A stretch of 64,000 nucleotides of DNA from Eledone cirrhosa (lineage: Eukaryota): NCBI GenBank assembly GCA_964016885.1, contig OZ024753.1, positions 14,260,001 through 14,324,000 of the forward strand. Direction: 5' to 3'. Under the pieces are notes generated by a model. It was not told the origin of the DNA and searched no databases. It worked only from the letters and a program-made list of their open reading frames with translations. A program made the position numbers and the translations under genes. This document shows, one piece after another, positions 36,729 to 49,374 of this stretch. Each line of letters begins with the position of its first letter. The first letter of the stretch is position 1.

Positions 36729-39700
36729 TTGTTTTTAGTTTCCTTCATAATAGAGGTAGGTGGGATCGATTCCTAGACTGGGTTGTATGTTGTGTTCTTG
36801 AGAAAACATTTTACTGGTGCTTTATTTATCGACGGCAGTCCTTATTTATCGAGGCTAACCTCGGTAGAATGTTAACTCAGAACGTAAATGGCCGTAACTC
36901 TATGCTTTAGCATATTGTCCGACTCTCTACCGATACACAGCCGTGAAGGAATTTAATAATAAAACCACCTGGCCATCGTTAACTAGAAACACCTGGAACA
37001 CCTCTCTGCCAGTTACTCAGATATATTTCATGAGATTGTAGGCAGATATTTCTACCAGCCTGTGGGGTGAGAACTTTGACCTGGAAACCTACTTGTTAAA
37101 GAACTTTCTCATATCATTATAACCTCCTGTTGACCTTCTGTGATGCGTGAAATTTAGTAGACATTAAAGGAAGCCTGTAAGATGGACACCTTGTGAAACT
37201 TCAATATTTCTTCCCATTGTGGTTACAGTGGTGGACAGTGTCAACTATTTCTCCCAACCACACAGTGATTGGGAGAAATAGTTGACAGAAATAGGAACAA
37301 TTAATGAGAATATATGTTAAATTTTGTTATATTCGCAGTAAATAGTAGATCATACAAAGGAGTTGGGGTGTCTTGTATTCTTAGTCACTTTACGGGAGAA
37401 GCTTCGGGCTCGTGACAGATCAGAGAACGAGAGCTCTCGTGATGCCCAGGGCATATAAACGCTTTATTCAATTTTAATCAATCAAATTTATTAAGTTTCC
37501 CCAAATGATGCCCATACATATCAAAGGATGCTCGGGGCAATGCACCATCGCTCCACCCTCCCATCTGCACGCTACTGCAGAGAACAAAGTTCTCAACTCA
37601 CAGGCTGGAGTGGGAGGGTTGGTAGAAATATCTGCCTACAATCTTATGAAATCTGATTAACTGAGTGGATCTAGTAGAAGAGGGCGATCTCCATCCAGAT
37701 TAAGTGACCGTAGAAGCAGCTTCAGAATACAAAATTTACAACAGTTTCAGAAAATACTTAACACTGCTGAAGAATCGAATGAACAATGAATTTACAATTG
37801 TTTTAGTTTTTACATATGATTCAGCTGAAAATGAGTACCAGTAGGGGTTTAACTCTGTAATGGACTGGCGTCCTGTCCAGGGAAGAGTCTTGTACTGACC
37901 ACAGAACCTTCACCTCTTTCTCCACATACTTTGGAGATTTAAGTCAACAAGATAATTGCCGACTAAATAACAATATTAAATTGTGATTACAGTTTTAGAA
38001 AATATTTAGCACTGCTGAAGAATTGAATTAATAAACCCTCTTTAAGTTACTTGAAGTGACTGTATACATCAGAAACCAAGAAATTGTGTCACATTCTTCT
38101 CATTCAGCATGCAAATGTGGAAAAATAAACATTAAATGTTGATGATGATGATATACATGAAATAAGAAGAAGAGAGCCGGTTCTACATATCCAACTTCAA
38201 TTTATTGTCTTACATCACCCCTATTATGTACATTTTAAAGGCATTAAAATGTCCTCATGTAATAATTATTTAATGTGTTGTCATCAGACTTGCTGAAAGT
38301 GTAAACAATGCTTTAGTTATTGGTATGCCCACTGTTGTTCATTTGGTTTTATGGCATCTTATAAAATTTCTTAGATAATAGCAGTTCAGTGTCGTGACAC
38401 AAGATGTAGAAAAACAACTGTCAGCTAAATTGTGAGTAAAAGTATTTGCTTTTCAATTTGATTAGTCTATCCTGAGAAATAATGAAGCTATGTTCGCTTT
38501 ATTATTGGCATATGTTCACTTTATGAATGATAATGAATTCAGAGAGGAAATACTTTTTGCCAGAAGTCTTAAAAGCAAAACAATTTTCAAATTAAACATT
38601 TAATAAGGGTATCCTAACCTGTATTTAGCACAGGGTTAAACATTTAATAGGATAGCACAACCATTATTTAATATAGGGGTTTAACAATTTAGTACAGAGA
38701 TTTACTTACCTCATTCAGTAATTAGCTGGGGGTTAACATTGAATACAATAGAAATTTACCATCCACAACCAGTCATGGACAGTTTTTATGTTGTATACCC
38801 TCAAGCTAAAGAATTATTTTATATTTTTGTTAAAGTAGTTAATATCAATAAAAACAAGAGAAAACATAATCAGTAAAATATTCTATATTACTGTGTATAC
38901 TCGAATATAAGACGATGTGAATACAAACCGACCCCTATTTTATGTCAGAGAAATGGGCAAACAATCCAAACCTTATTTACATAGAATTTGAAGTTGGTGA
39001 AAATTGACAAAATATTAACTCCGAATATAAGCCGATACCCTTTCTACCATCAATTATTTTAAGGGGTCACATATTCCTTGGTTTATATTTGAATATATAC
39101 ACTAATAATGGCATAATGAAACAATACAATGATATAATAAATATATTGATATAACAGATTGTACTGTTAACCGGCCAAAGCCAGCCAGAATTCTCTACCT
39201 TTTTCTGTTGAAACTGGCTGTAACTGGTCACTCAAACTGATGTTAAGGTATTGTTCTCAAAATAAACACTTTCAAAATCTCATAGATTCAATATTATGTG
39301 AGATAAAGCATTTACCATGAAAATATAATAGTATATGTAGAGTAATGTGAATGCTAAAGGGTTAATTAATTTTTAAAGCCAAATAAATTAATTCCATTGA
39401 CCTTCTCATCTCTCCACAAGTAATGGTGGAAGGAAGACGTAGTAGAGGAGATGACGAATAGAGATGCTGTGCTGAAAAAGGACCCGTCCCACCCTTGCAA
39501 ACAAGGAAAAGCGGACGTAAAATGATGATGATGATGATACAAATATTATGTCAGAGCAGAGTTATTGTTTCATAGTTACCAAAAAACTATAATTTCTGTG
39601 GTTCCAGCTGGTATTGTTTTAATATTACATCATTACCATTCGATGAGGAATTTCCATGGACCCAGGGCCCAGCTAATATTGCTTCATGTTACATCATTAT

Positions 39701-39835
39701 CATTCACTGTGGAATTTCCATGGGTCCAGCCAGTTGTTACATCAATACTACAGAATAAAATCACGTCAGTTATTCTTGGTGCTATGTTTGATGTCATCGG
39801 TGAAACCAAATTTTGTTGGCACCTGGACAGCTGGC

Positions 39836-39859
39836 TTATGGACTTTCATCATTTGCACT
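39836..39859 (-). CDS. LRRC23: Probable LRRC23 terminal coding exon (SANDESP*)
   Basis: Strong acceptor ttgttttttattattcag, phase 0, TAA after 7 codons; no homology support for the peptide. Confidence 0.5.
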   Translation of the reverse strand, partial: SANDESP

Positions 39860-41271
39860 CTGAATAATAAAAAACAAGTTATAGTTAATATAAAGCATGG
39901 AGATGTTATAAAAGAGCTTCTAAAATATGGTGAAGACTCTTAAAGACAAAAGAAGTTGCCAGCAGCTAAATTAAATAGCTGATTCGCAGCCCTTAACCCT
40001 TTAGCATTTAAACCAGCCATATGTGGCCAGAATTCTGTCACCTCTTTCTGTTCAAACCAGCTGTAATAACTGGCTACTGATGTTAAGGTATTGTTCTCAA
40101 AATAAATAAGTTCAACATTATGTGAGATAATGCAAGTGTTTTCCATGAAAATACATAGTAAATATAGAGTAATGTAAATACTAAAGGGTTAAAGACCAGT
40201 CTATTGTTGTTAATTACTTAAGTGTCAAAGATATTCTATCTAAAGGAATTGTGGTGATAAGCTGGCAGGAATGTCTCAAATTATTTAAACCTGCCTTATC
40301 CAGCCAGAATTCTCTCACCTCTTTCTGTTCAAAACTGGCCAAGTTTACTTTTAGTCAGGCCTAAACCATTTACTCAAAATATACTTCTTCTCATGGAGAC
40401 AACCGCCAAGGCAATCAAGCTGTGTGTTGAAGTAGTGTTTATCTGAACTACATACCATTTTTCAGAATTACAAAGTTGACAAAATCTCGACCTATTCACG
40501 TAGGTGGTAGATCTTTCTAATAACCTCCACTTGATGGGAAAAGGTATGCCTTAATTTGTGAGCTGGGTGGCATGTTTTTTGTCAGGATATCTGAAGGTTG
40601 TTTCATGATTCAGGTACTGGTTTTTAAACCGGCTTTTGGACATAACAACATAGGTCCAGGCTTCTGGCTGGTGGAGGTAACCTCTGCTTGGTATATCACT
40701 GCAGGAGTATTGTACTGTTGGTCTAGTGGACATGTTTCAGGTCTTCTACATGAGCATCTATACAGTGGAGGGCTATATTTTTCTCATACCTTCCATTCTC
40801 TCATTGTTTCTATGGCTAGATTCCATTCCTAATGCCAACCACTTCAGAACATGTAGTGTGTGTGTTTTATTATGGCACTTCCACTATTACCTAACAGGGT
40901 GGAAGGAGTGTTTTTTAAGGTGGCACTAGCACTACCATTTTACAGAGTATATTGGATGCATTTTATTATGGCATCAGCACTACCATTTTACAGAGTGTAT
41001 TGGATGCATTTTATTATGGCATCAGCACTACCATTTTACAGAGTGTACTGGGTGTGTTTTATCATGGCATCAAGCACTACCACTTTACAGAGTGCACTGG
41101 GTGTGCTTTATCATGGCATCAAGCACTACCACTTTACAGAGTGTACATTAGCACTACTACTTTACATACTTCTTTTCCTATTTAAACAGCTTTCTAGACC
41201 AAACAGTAGAACCAAGTGTCAGTGAGTGAACGAGGTTTATTATGTGTCATAAAACCAAACCAATACAATAC

Positions 41272-41408
41272 CTTATCTGTAGGTTTCAAAAGTTCTTCTA
41301 CATCTTGTTTCTCCTCGTCTGTAACCTCAGTATTATTTAAAGATTCTAAATATCTCAAGCTGCAGAGAACGTCTATACGGAACTCCTCTTCTCGAGATAC
41401 TGGAGTAT
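41272..41408 (-). CDS. LRRC23: LRRC23 exon 7, LRRcap region (DTPVSREEEFRIDVLCSLRYLESLNNTEVTDEEK...TDK)
   Basis: aatacag acceptor, aag|gtattg donor, phase 1-0; LRRcap-like 'P.....YR..V...L..L..LD...VT.EE'. Confidence 0.88.
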
Positions 41409-41599
41409 CTGTATTGATGAAAAATAGGAATAACTAGAAATAGGTTAAAGAATCTAGTATAGTTTACATAAAGTATTGTGAAATATATGTCTACAGTTTT
41501 TATGAAATATGTGATATATATGGCAACAGGTTATGCGAAATATGTGATATATATATATATATATATATAAGATCAAAAGATGGTTAAAAGAGTTCCATG

Positions 41600-41672
41600 T
41601 ATTTTATTATGTGCATTTCAAAAACAAATATCATCATGGGATAATATTTTTTTGTTCTCATCAGATAAAATA
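41600..41672 (-). ncRNA. Type I hammerhead motif
   Basis: tattttat-CTGATGA-gaacaaa...tttgttttt-GAAA tgcac ATA-ataaaata; perfect 8-bp stem I. Confidence 0.62.
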
Positions 41673-43228
41673 GGGAGACATGATATGAAGCTTAAAATAT
41701 ATATATATAGTGAGTTAGAAACTCTGAGTAGTCTCTCACAGCTCTAAGAAAAAATCTTTTCTGAGCTGTGTAATATAATTGAATAAACAAGAGAGATGAA
41801 CACTAATATAAACATACATGTGTTCGAATCGTAAGGACTAGTTTTGCTAGGGTAAAAAAATACTAACTACAGCAATATGGTTTGTCAGACTTAAATTTAA
41901 GTAGTAAATTATTATTAATTTACTACTTAAAATTAAGTCTGACAAACCATATTGCTGTAGTTAGTATTGTTTCACCCTACCAAAACAGTCTCTTGTTTAT
42001 TCAATTATATATATATATATTAGAAAGTGAGGTTTTTTTACAAAATGAAAAAAAAAACAAGGTGTCCTACACGAGTGAAAGTATAAGGAAAAAAGATGAA
42101 ATTGAAAATGCAACTGGAGTCTTTTTTTTTTTAAATATATATTTATTTGGTTCCTCTACCGGTTTAGCAGTTCTTCTGCTTTTCAAAAGTAGATTTGAGA
42201 TGGAGGGTTTGTGGTTTTTCTCACATCTGGTTGGTGTTTGAATGTTACTTCTGTTTTATATGGAAAAAAGTGGCTTGAAATGCTAGGTTTTTAGAGAAGT
42301 AATTTGGTTGGTTGGTGAATAAGTGTAATAAATTTTGCGCCAGTTCGCATTACAAAGTTCTTATATTTGCCTTCAGGTTGTTTTTTCATATATGAGTGAA
42401 ATTTGGTTGGTTGATGCAGAATCAGCTTTGTGTATATATATATATATATACACACATACATATCCCTCTCTTTCTCTCTGTATATATCATCATCATCATC
42501 ATCTTCACCGTTTTACATCCATTCTTTCACGCTAGCATGGGTTAGATGGGTTGTCCTGTTGTGGGCAGTGTCTGGTCGGCTGACCTTGTCTTTGCTCATA
42601 TGGGAACCGATTCTGGCTTGATTTCTACAGCTGGATGCCCTTCCTAACACCAACCTCATTTACAGTGAGTGCTGGGTGCTTTTTTTCCGTGGCGCCTACA
42701 CGTCCACTTTACAGTGGGCTGGGTGCTTTTTTCCCGTGGCACCTACACGTCCACTTTACAGTGTGGGCTGGGTGCTTTTTTCCCGTGGCACCTACACGTC
42801 CACTTTACAGTGTGGGCAAGGTGCTTTTTTCCTGTGGCACCTACACATCCACTTTACAGTGTGGGCAAGGTGCTTTTTTCCTGTGGCACTTACACGACCA
42901 CTTTGCAGTTTGAGGGTGTGGGGGCATATTGTCTATATGCTTCAGCTTGTACCTGTGGGGGGTTGGGTCTTCTGTATTACTGCGTGATGTCAGAGGTAAC
43001 GGTCCTGTGTCATCGCCTTTGAGAGGTGTAATTGGGTAAGGTCGGCTTTTATCACACACTTTACCCACACTGTAAAGTGGACGTGTAGGCGCCACGGAAA
43101 AAAAGCATCCAGAACTCACTGTAAATGAGGTTGGTGTTAGGAAGGGCATCCAGCTGTAGAAATCAAGCCAGAATCAGTTCCCATCCCACCCTTGCAAGCA
43201 GGGAAAAGCGGACGTAAAATGATGATGA

Positions 43229-43266
<38 letters not shown>

Positions 43267-43938
43267 AAATTTGAAACTGAACTTTTCATATACCCACTCT
43301 ACTACCCCAAGTATTGAGTACTCTGGTGAGTAATAGTCTATCACTTCCATTCTGACATATTTCCCCTGTACAACAAGAAGACCAAATTATCACATTATAA
43401 ATAATAATAATGAAATTATTGTGTACAGTGCTCAGGTGCACTACAACTCATCAAAGGTACATGTACAGTACATAGAATAATGTACAAATGTCAGGAAAAT
43501 GATCAGCGTGTGTATGGAGGGGGGATATTAGACAAGATCTCATATATGACATATATATATGTTTGATGATAACTAAACTAGCAGACATAGAATATCTATG
43601 TCCTATACTGGTTGAACTTTGAAATCTTAGGTAGCATGCATTTGTGTTGAGATCTTATTCATATAATATATTTTGTCTCTGCACATTACATAGAGTGCTT
43701 TTCTTTTATTTGTTCCCACAATAAAAAGCACCCAGTCCACATTGTAAATGTGGTTGGCAGGAAAGGCATTCAGCTATAGTAATCAGGCCAGAAACAGTTC
43801 TGTATGAGCAAGACACAGTCATATAAAATTTTTATAAAACTATGACCCTTTAATTTTCTATAATGGGACACACTGAAGCCTGTATCTAATGTGGCTACCC
43901 AGTTGGGTTAACTGTAGCAGCGGCCCTAGGTGGCTTAC

Positions 43939-44015
43939 CATTTAAAAACAAAATTGTAAGACTTGGCAAAGTGGACAGTTTGATCACTTCAGACATTTCC
44001 TCAATGATATTCTCT
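43939..44015 (-). CDS. LRRC23: LRRC23 exon 6 (ENIIEEMSEVIKLSTLPSLTILFLN)
   Basis: tatttcag acceptor, g|gtaagc donor, phase 2-1. Confidence 0.9.
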
Positions 44016-44116
44016 CTGAAATAGAAAAGAAAAGGAAAATAAACTGACTTAATGGTAAATATTTAAAGTGGCAAGGGTTGTGTTGTGATAACATGCACCA
44101 AGTACACTCTGTAAAG

Positions 44117-44545
44117 TGGTGGTGGTAGTGTAGTTGGCGGCAGTGGTAATGGAGGTGGTGTTAGTAGTGGTATTGGAGGTGGTGTTAGTGGGGGTATTGG
44201 AGGTGGTGTTAGTAGTGGTATTGGAGGTGGTGTTAGTGGTGGTGGTATTAGTAATGGTATTGGAGGTGGTGTTAGTAGTGGTATTGGAGGTGGTGTTAGT
44301 GGTGGTGGTATTAGTAGTGGTATTGGAGGTGGTGTTAGTAGTGGTATTGGAGGTGGTGGTATTAGTAGTGGTATTGGAGGTGGTGTTAGTAGTGGTATTG
44401 GTGGTGGTGTTAGTAGTGGTATTGGTGGTGGTGTTAGTAGTGGTATTGGTGGTGGTGTTAGTAGTAGTATTGGTGGTGGTGTTAGTAGTAGTATTGGTGG
44501 TGGTGTTGGAGGTGTTATTAGTAGTGGTGTAGGTTGTAGTTGTGC
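44117..44545. repeat. GGT/AGT/ATT trinucleotide mosaic
   Basis: Direct reading. Confidence 0.9.
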
Positions 44546-44594
44546 TATAAATGATGGAAAAGTAGAAGAAGAAAATGAAAGCCAACGAAATATT

Positions 44595-44727
44595 GTATGG
44601 AAACCCTACCTGAGGTCAATGTATGGAAACCCTAAGTGAGATCAATGTATGGAATCCCTTCCTGAGGTCAATGTATGGAAACCCTACCTGAGATCAATGT
44701 ATGGAAACCCTACCTGAGATCAATGTA
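44595..44727 (-). repeat. 26-bp repeat x5 of the LRRC23 exon 5 end + donor
   Basis: tacattga(t/c)ctcag|gtagggtttcca. Confidence 0.92.
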
Positions 44728-44850
44728 CTTCAGTTGTTTTAACTTGGAATGAAAGCCTTCCAGATCATCAATCATATTGTTATTTAGCTCCAATACTTCT
44801 AAATTGACCAGGTCTGAAATCCACTCAGTGTGGAGAATCTTATTGAAACC
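44714..44850 (-). CDS. LRRC23: LRRC23 exon 5 (GFNKILHTEWISDLVNLEVLELNNNMIDDLEGFHSKLKQLKYIDL)
   Basis: tttttcag acceptor, ag|gtaggg donor, phase 0-2; LxxLxLxxN repeats. Confidence 0.92.
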
Positions 44851-47800
44851 CTGAAAAACAGAGAATAAGGAGGTGCTGACCAGTGACCAATGAAAGACAG
44901 AGAATAAGGAGGTACTGACCAGTGACCAATGATAGACAGAGAATAAGGAGGTACTGACCAGTGACCAATGAAAGGCATGGCATAAGGAGGTGCTGACCAG
45001 TGACCAATGATAGACAGAGAATAAGGAGGTACTGACCAGTGACCAATGAAAGGCATGGCATAAGGAGGTGCTGACCAGTGACCAATGATAGACAGAGAAT
45101 AAGGAGGTGCTGACCAGTGACCAATGATAGACAGAGAATAAGGAGGTACTGACCAGTGACCAATGAAAGGCATGGCATAAGGAGGTGCTGACCAGTGACC
45201 AATGATAGACAGAGAATAAGGAGGTGCTGACCAGTGACCAATGAAAGGCATGGCATAAGGAGGTGCTGACCAGTGACCAATGAAAGGCATGGCATAAGGA
45301 GGTGCTGACCAGTGACCAATGAAAGGCATGGCATAAGGAGGTGCTGACCAGTGACCAATGAAAGACAGAGAATAAGGAGGTGCTGACCAGTGACCAATGA
45401 TAGACAGAGAATAAGGAGGTACTGACCAGTGACCAATGAAAGGCATGGCATAAGGAGGTGCTGACCAGTGACCAATGAAAGGCATGGCATAAGGAGGTGC
45501 TGACCAGTGACCAATGAAAGACAGAGAATAAGGAGATGCTGACCAGTGACCAATGATAGACAGAGAATAAGGAGGTACTGACCAGTGACCAATGATAGAC
45601 AAAGAATAAGGAGGTACTGACCAGTGACCAATGAAAGGCATGGCATAAGGAGGTGCTGACCAGTGACCAATGAAAGGCATGGCATAAGGAGGTGCTGACC
45701 AGTGACCAATGAAAGGCATGGCATAAGGAGGTACTGACCAGTGACCAATGAAAGACAGAGAATAAGGAGGTGCTGACCAGTGACCAATGATAGACAGAGA
45801 ATAAGGAGGTACTGACCAGTGACCAATGATAGACAGAGAATAAGGAGGTACTGACCAGTGACCAATGAAAGGCATGGCATAAGGAGGTGCTGACCAGTGA
45901 CCAATGAAAGGCATGGCATAAGGAGGTGCTGACCAGTGACCAATGAAAGAGAGAATAAGGAGGTACTGACCAGTGACCAATGAAAGGCATGGCATAAGGA
46001 GGTGCTGACCAGTGACCAATGAAAGGCATGGCATAAGGAGGTGCTGACCAGTGACCAATGAAAGGCATGGCATAAGGAGGTGCTGACCAGTGACCAATGA
46101 AAGAGAGAATAAGGAGGTGCTGACCAGTGACCAATGATAGACAGAGAATAAGGAGGTACTGACCAGTGACCAATGATAGACAGAGAATAAGGAGGTACTG
46201 ACCAGTGACCAATGATAGACAGAGAATAAGGAGGTACTGACCAGTGACCAATGATAGACAGAGAATAAGGAGGTACTGACCAGTGACCAATGATAGACAG
46301 AGAATAAGGAGGTACTGACCAGTGACCAATGAAAGGCATGGCATAAGGAGGTGCTGACCAGTGACCAATGAAAGAGAGAATAAGGAGGTGCTGACCAGTG
46401 ACCAATGATAGACAGAGAATAAGGAGGTACTGACCAGTGACCAATGATAGACAGAGAATAAGGAGGTACTGACCAGTGACCAATGATAGACAGAGAATAA
46501 GGAGGTACTGACCAGTGACCAATGATAGACAGAGAATAAGGAGGTACTGACCAGTGACCAATGATAGACAGAGAATAAGGAGGTACTGACCAGTGACCAA
46601 TGAAAGGCATGGCATAAGGAGGTGCTGACCAGTGACCAATGATAGACAGAGAATAAGGAGGTACTGACCAGTGACCAATGAAAGGCATGGCATAAGGAGG
46701 TGCTGACCAGTGACCAATGATAGACAGAGAATAAGGAGGTACTGACCAGTGACCAATGAAAGGCATGGCATAAGGAGGTACTGACCAGTGACCAATGATA
46801 GACAGAGAATAAGGAGGTGCTGACCAGTGACCAATGAAAGGCATGGCATAAGGAGGTGCTGACCAGTGACCAATGAAAGGCATGGCATAAGGAGGTACTG
46901 ACCAGTGACCAATGATAGACAGAGAATAAGGAGGTACTGACCAGTGACCAATGATAGACAGAGAATAAGGAGGTACTGACCAGTGACCAATGAAAGGCAT
47001 GGCATAAGGAGGTGCTGACCAGTGACCAATGAAAGGCATGGCATAAGGAGGTGCTGACCAGTGACCAATGAAAGGCATGGCATAAGGAGGTGCTGACCAG
47101 TGACCAATGAAAGAGAGAATAAGGAGGTGCTGACCAGTGACCAATGATAGACAGAATAAGGAGGTACTGACCAGTGACCAATGAAAGGCATGGCATAAGG
47201 AGGTGCTGACCAGTGACCAATGAAAGGCATGGCATAAGGAGGTGCTGACCAGTGACCAATGAAAGAGAGAATAAGGAGGTGCTGACCAGTGACCAATGAT
47301 AGACAGAATAAGGAGGTACTGACCAGTGACCAATGAAAGGCATGGCATAAGGAGGTGCTGACCAGTGACCAATGAAAGGCATGGCATAAGGAGGTGCTGA
47401 CCAGTGACCAATGATAGACAGAGAATAAGGAGGTACTGACCAGTGACCAATGAAAGGCATGGCATAAGGAGGTGCTGACCAGTGACCAATGATAGACAGA
47501 GAATAAGGAGGTACTGACCAGTGACCAATGAAAGGCATGGCATAAGGAGGTGCTGACCAGTGACCAATGAAAGGCATGGCATAAGGAGGTGCTGACCAGT
47601 GACCAATGATAGACAGAGAATAAGGAGGTACTGACCAGTGACCAATGAAAGGCATGGCATAAGGAGGTGCTGACCAGTGACCAATGATAGACAGAGAATA
47701 AGGAGGTGCTGACCAGTGACCAATGAAAGACAGAGAATAAGGAGGTACTGACCAGTGACCAATGAAAGGCATGGCATAAGGAGGTGCTGACCAGTGACCA

Positions 47801-47986
47801 ATGATAGACAGAGAATAAGGAGGTGCTGACCAGTGACCAATGAAAGACAGAGAATAAGGAGGTACTGACCAGTGACCAATGATAGACAGAGAATAAGGAG
47901 GTACTGACCAGTGACCAATGAAAGGCATGGCATAAGGAGGTACTGACCAGTGACCAATGAAAGGCATGGCATAAGGAGGTACTAAC
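44851..47986 (-). repeat. 39-bp (some 37-bp) satellite, ~80 copies, forming the whole of LRRC23 intron 4
   Basis: 13-aa periodic ORFs; array begins at the donor GT and ends at the acceptor AG. Confidence 0.95.
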
Positions 47987-48111
47987 CAGTGAAAGTGTTG
48001 TCAGACTTGGTATGTTGATTTTTTCAATATACTCAAGAAGATTTGATGAAGCTTTGAGAGTTGTGAGATGAGGAGATCCCTTTAACTGGGACAGGTCCCT
48101 GATTTTATTGC
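47987..48111 (-). CDS. LRRC23: LRRC23 exon 4 (GNKIRDLSQLKGSPHLTTLKASSNLLEYIEKINIPSLTTLSL); not in the ORF track
   Basis: ccattccag acceptor, ctg|gttagt donor, phase 1-0; two LRR units. Confidence 0.9.
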
Positions 48112-49117
48112 CTGGAATGGAAGAAAGTCAGCAAATTGATTTGTGTGTGTGTTGGAGGAGGGGGGGGGAGTATGTGGATGTGTTTGTGTGTATGTGTGTG
48201 GGGAGTGTGTGTATGTGTGTGGGGATATGTGGATGTGTGTGTGTGTGAGTATGTTAGACCTCTCTTGGTTCTGATGTTCAGGGTTCCAGTTGTTTGAACA
48301 ACAGAACAGCATTCTCGTGAAATTAACGTGCAAGTGACTGAGCATTCTGCAGACACATCACTGTTACAGTCACTCTCTCAGGAGTTTTCAGTGTGACACG
48401 CCATGTGACATGGCTGGCCCTTTCAATAATTTACACATATATAACTCATTTTTGCCAAGTTGTGTGGACTGGAGGGACATGAAGTAAAGTATTTTGCTCA
48501 AGGAGACAACAACCTGGAATCAAACTCACGACTTTATAACTGTGAACCAAACACATTAACCACTGAGTCACATGCTTTCACAAATGGCAAATTTACGCAC
48601 ACAGCAAGAGCAACGCCCTGACCACCTACCAACATATTCTTAACCCACCATTGGTGTCTTGAATGGACCCCATGGTAGTTTCGACGACAAGTCTTTCTTC
48701 CAGTTGTTTGATAAATACAACAACCTTCTGAAATTAATGTGGCTGAGTATTCCACAGATACATGTAACTGTAATGCAATATTTTTCAGGGAAGACTGAAT
48801 GTGGCACAGTGGTTGACAAAGCTGGCCCTTTGAATTACATGCATAGTCCATGTAGCAGGCTTTCAAACAGTTTCAGGTCAACCAAATTTCACACACATGT
48901 CTTGGTTTAGCCTAAGCTGCCATACAGTGGAGTCAAACTCGGGACCCAATGTTTGTCAAGTGAACATCTTTACCGTTCAACAATTTTGCACCAACCACTA
49001 ACACCTGCACCTCCATACCTATACAAGAAGGTGAGTAGTGAAGATAAAAAAAAATTTCACAATATTCACCTCCCACATTGTCATGAAATGAAACAAAAAA
49101 TATGAACTCATACTTAC

Positions 49118-49374
49118 CACTGATGTCAATAAACTTAATAATTGGGTGAGTTAATCCCTCAGAAATGTCCACAATCCTGTTAGAACCAAGGGAAATATAC
49201 TGTAAATAGGAATGGGCCTCAAGAGCAATTTTTTCAATGCTGTTTCTGTCTGCTTTCAGGAATAATAAATTTGGCAAGAAGTTGAGAGGACTTAGATCTG
49301 TGAATTGGTTGTGACTAATATCAACAATTCTCAAATGGATATATTTCTCCAGAATGTTGAAACTGTTGAGTTCC
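49118..49374 (-). CDS. LRRC23: LRRC23 exon 3 (ELNSFNILEKYIHLRIVDISHNQFTDLSPLN...KFIDIS), proximal acceptor
   Basis: ttcccag acceptor, g|gtaagt donor, phase 2-1; matches 'YIHLRYVDIS.N.LTDLSPLN.L..LL.LKAD.N'. Confidence 0.93.

Noticed and set aside
44049-44585. Thr/Asn-rich mucin-like ORF
   Set aside because: Trinucleotide mosaic inside an LRRC23 intron, without splice support.
44710-47972. 818-1085-aa minus-strand ORFs
   Set aside because: Translations of the stop-free 39-bp satellite in all three frames; only 44714-44850 is a real exon.
44851-47986. CRISPR-like appearance (constant part + variable part)
   Set aside because: The variable part has only a few recurring states rather than unique spacers; eukaryotic intron; no cas genes.
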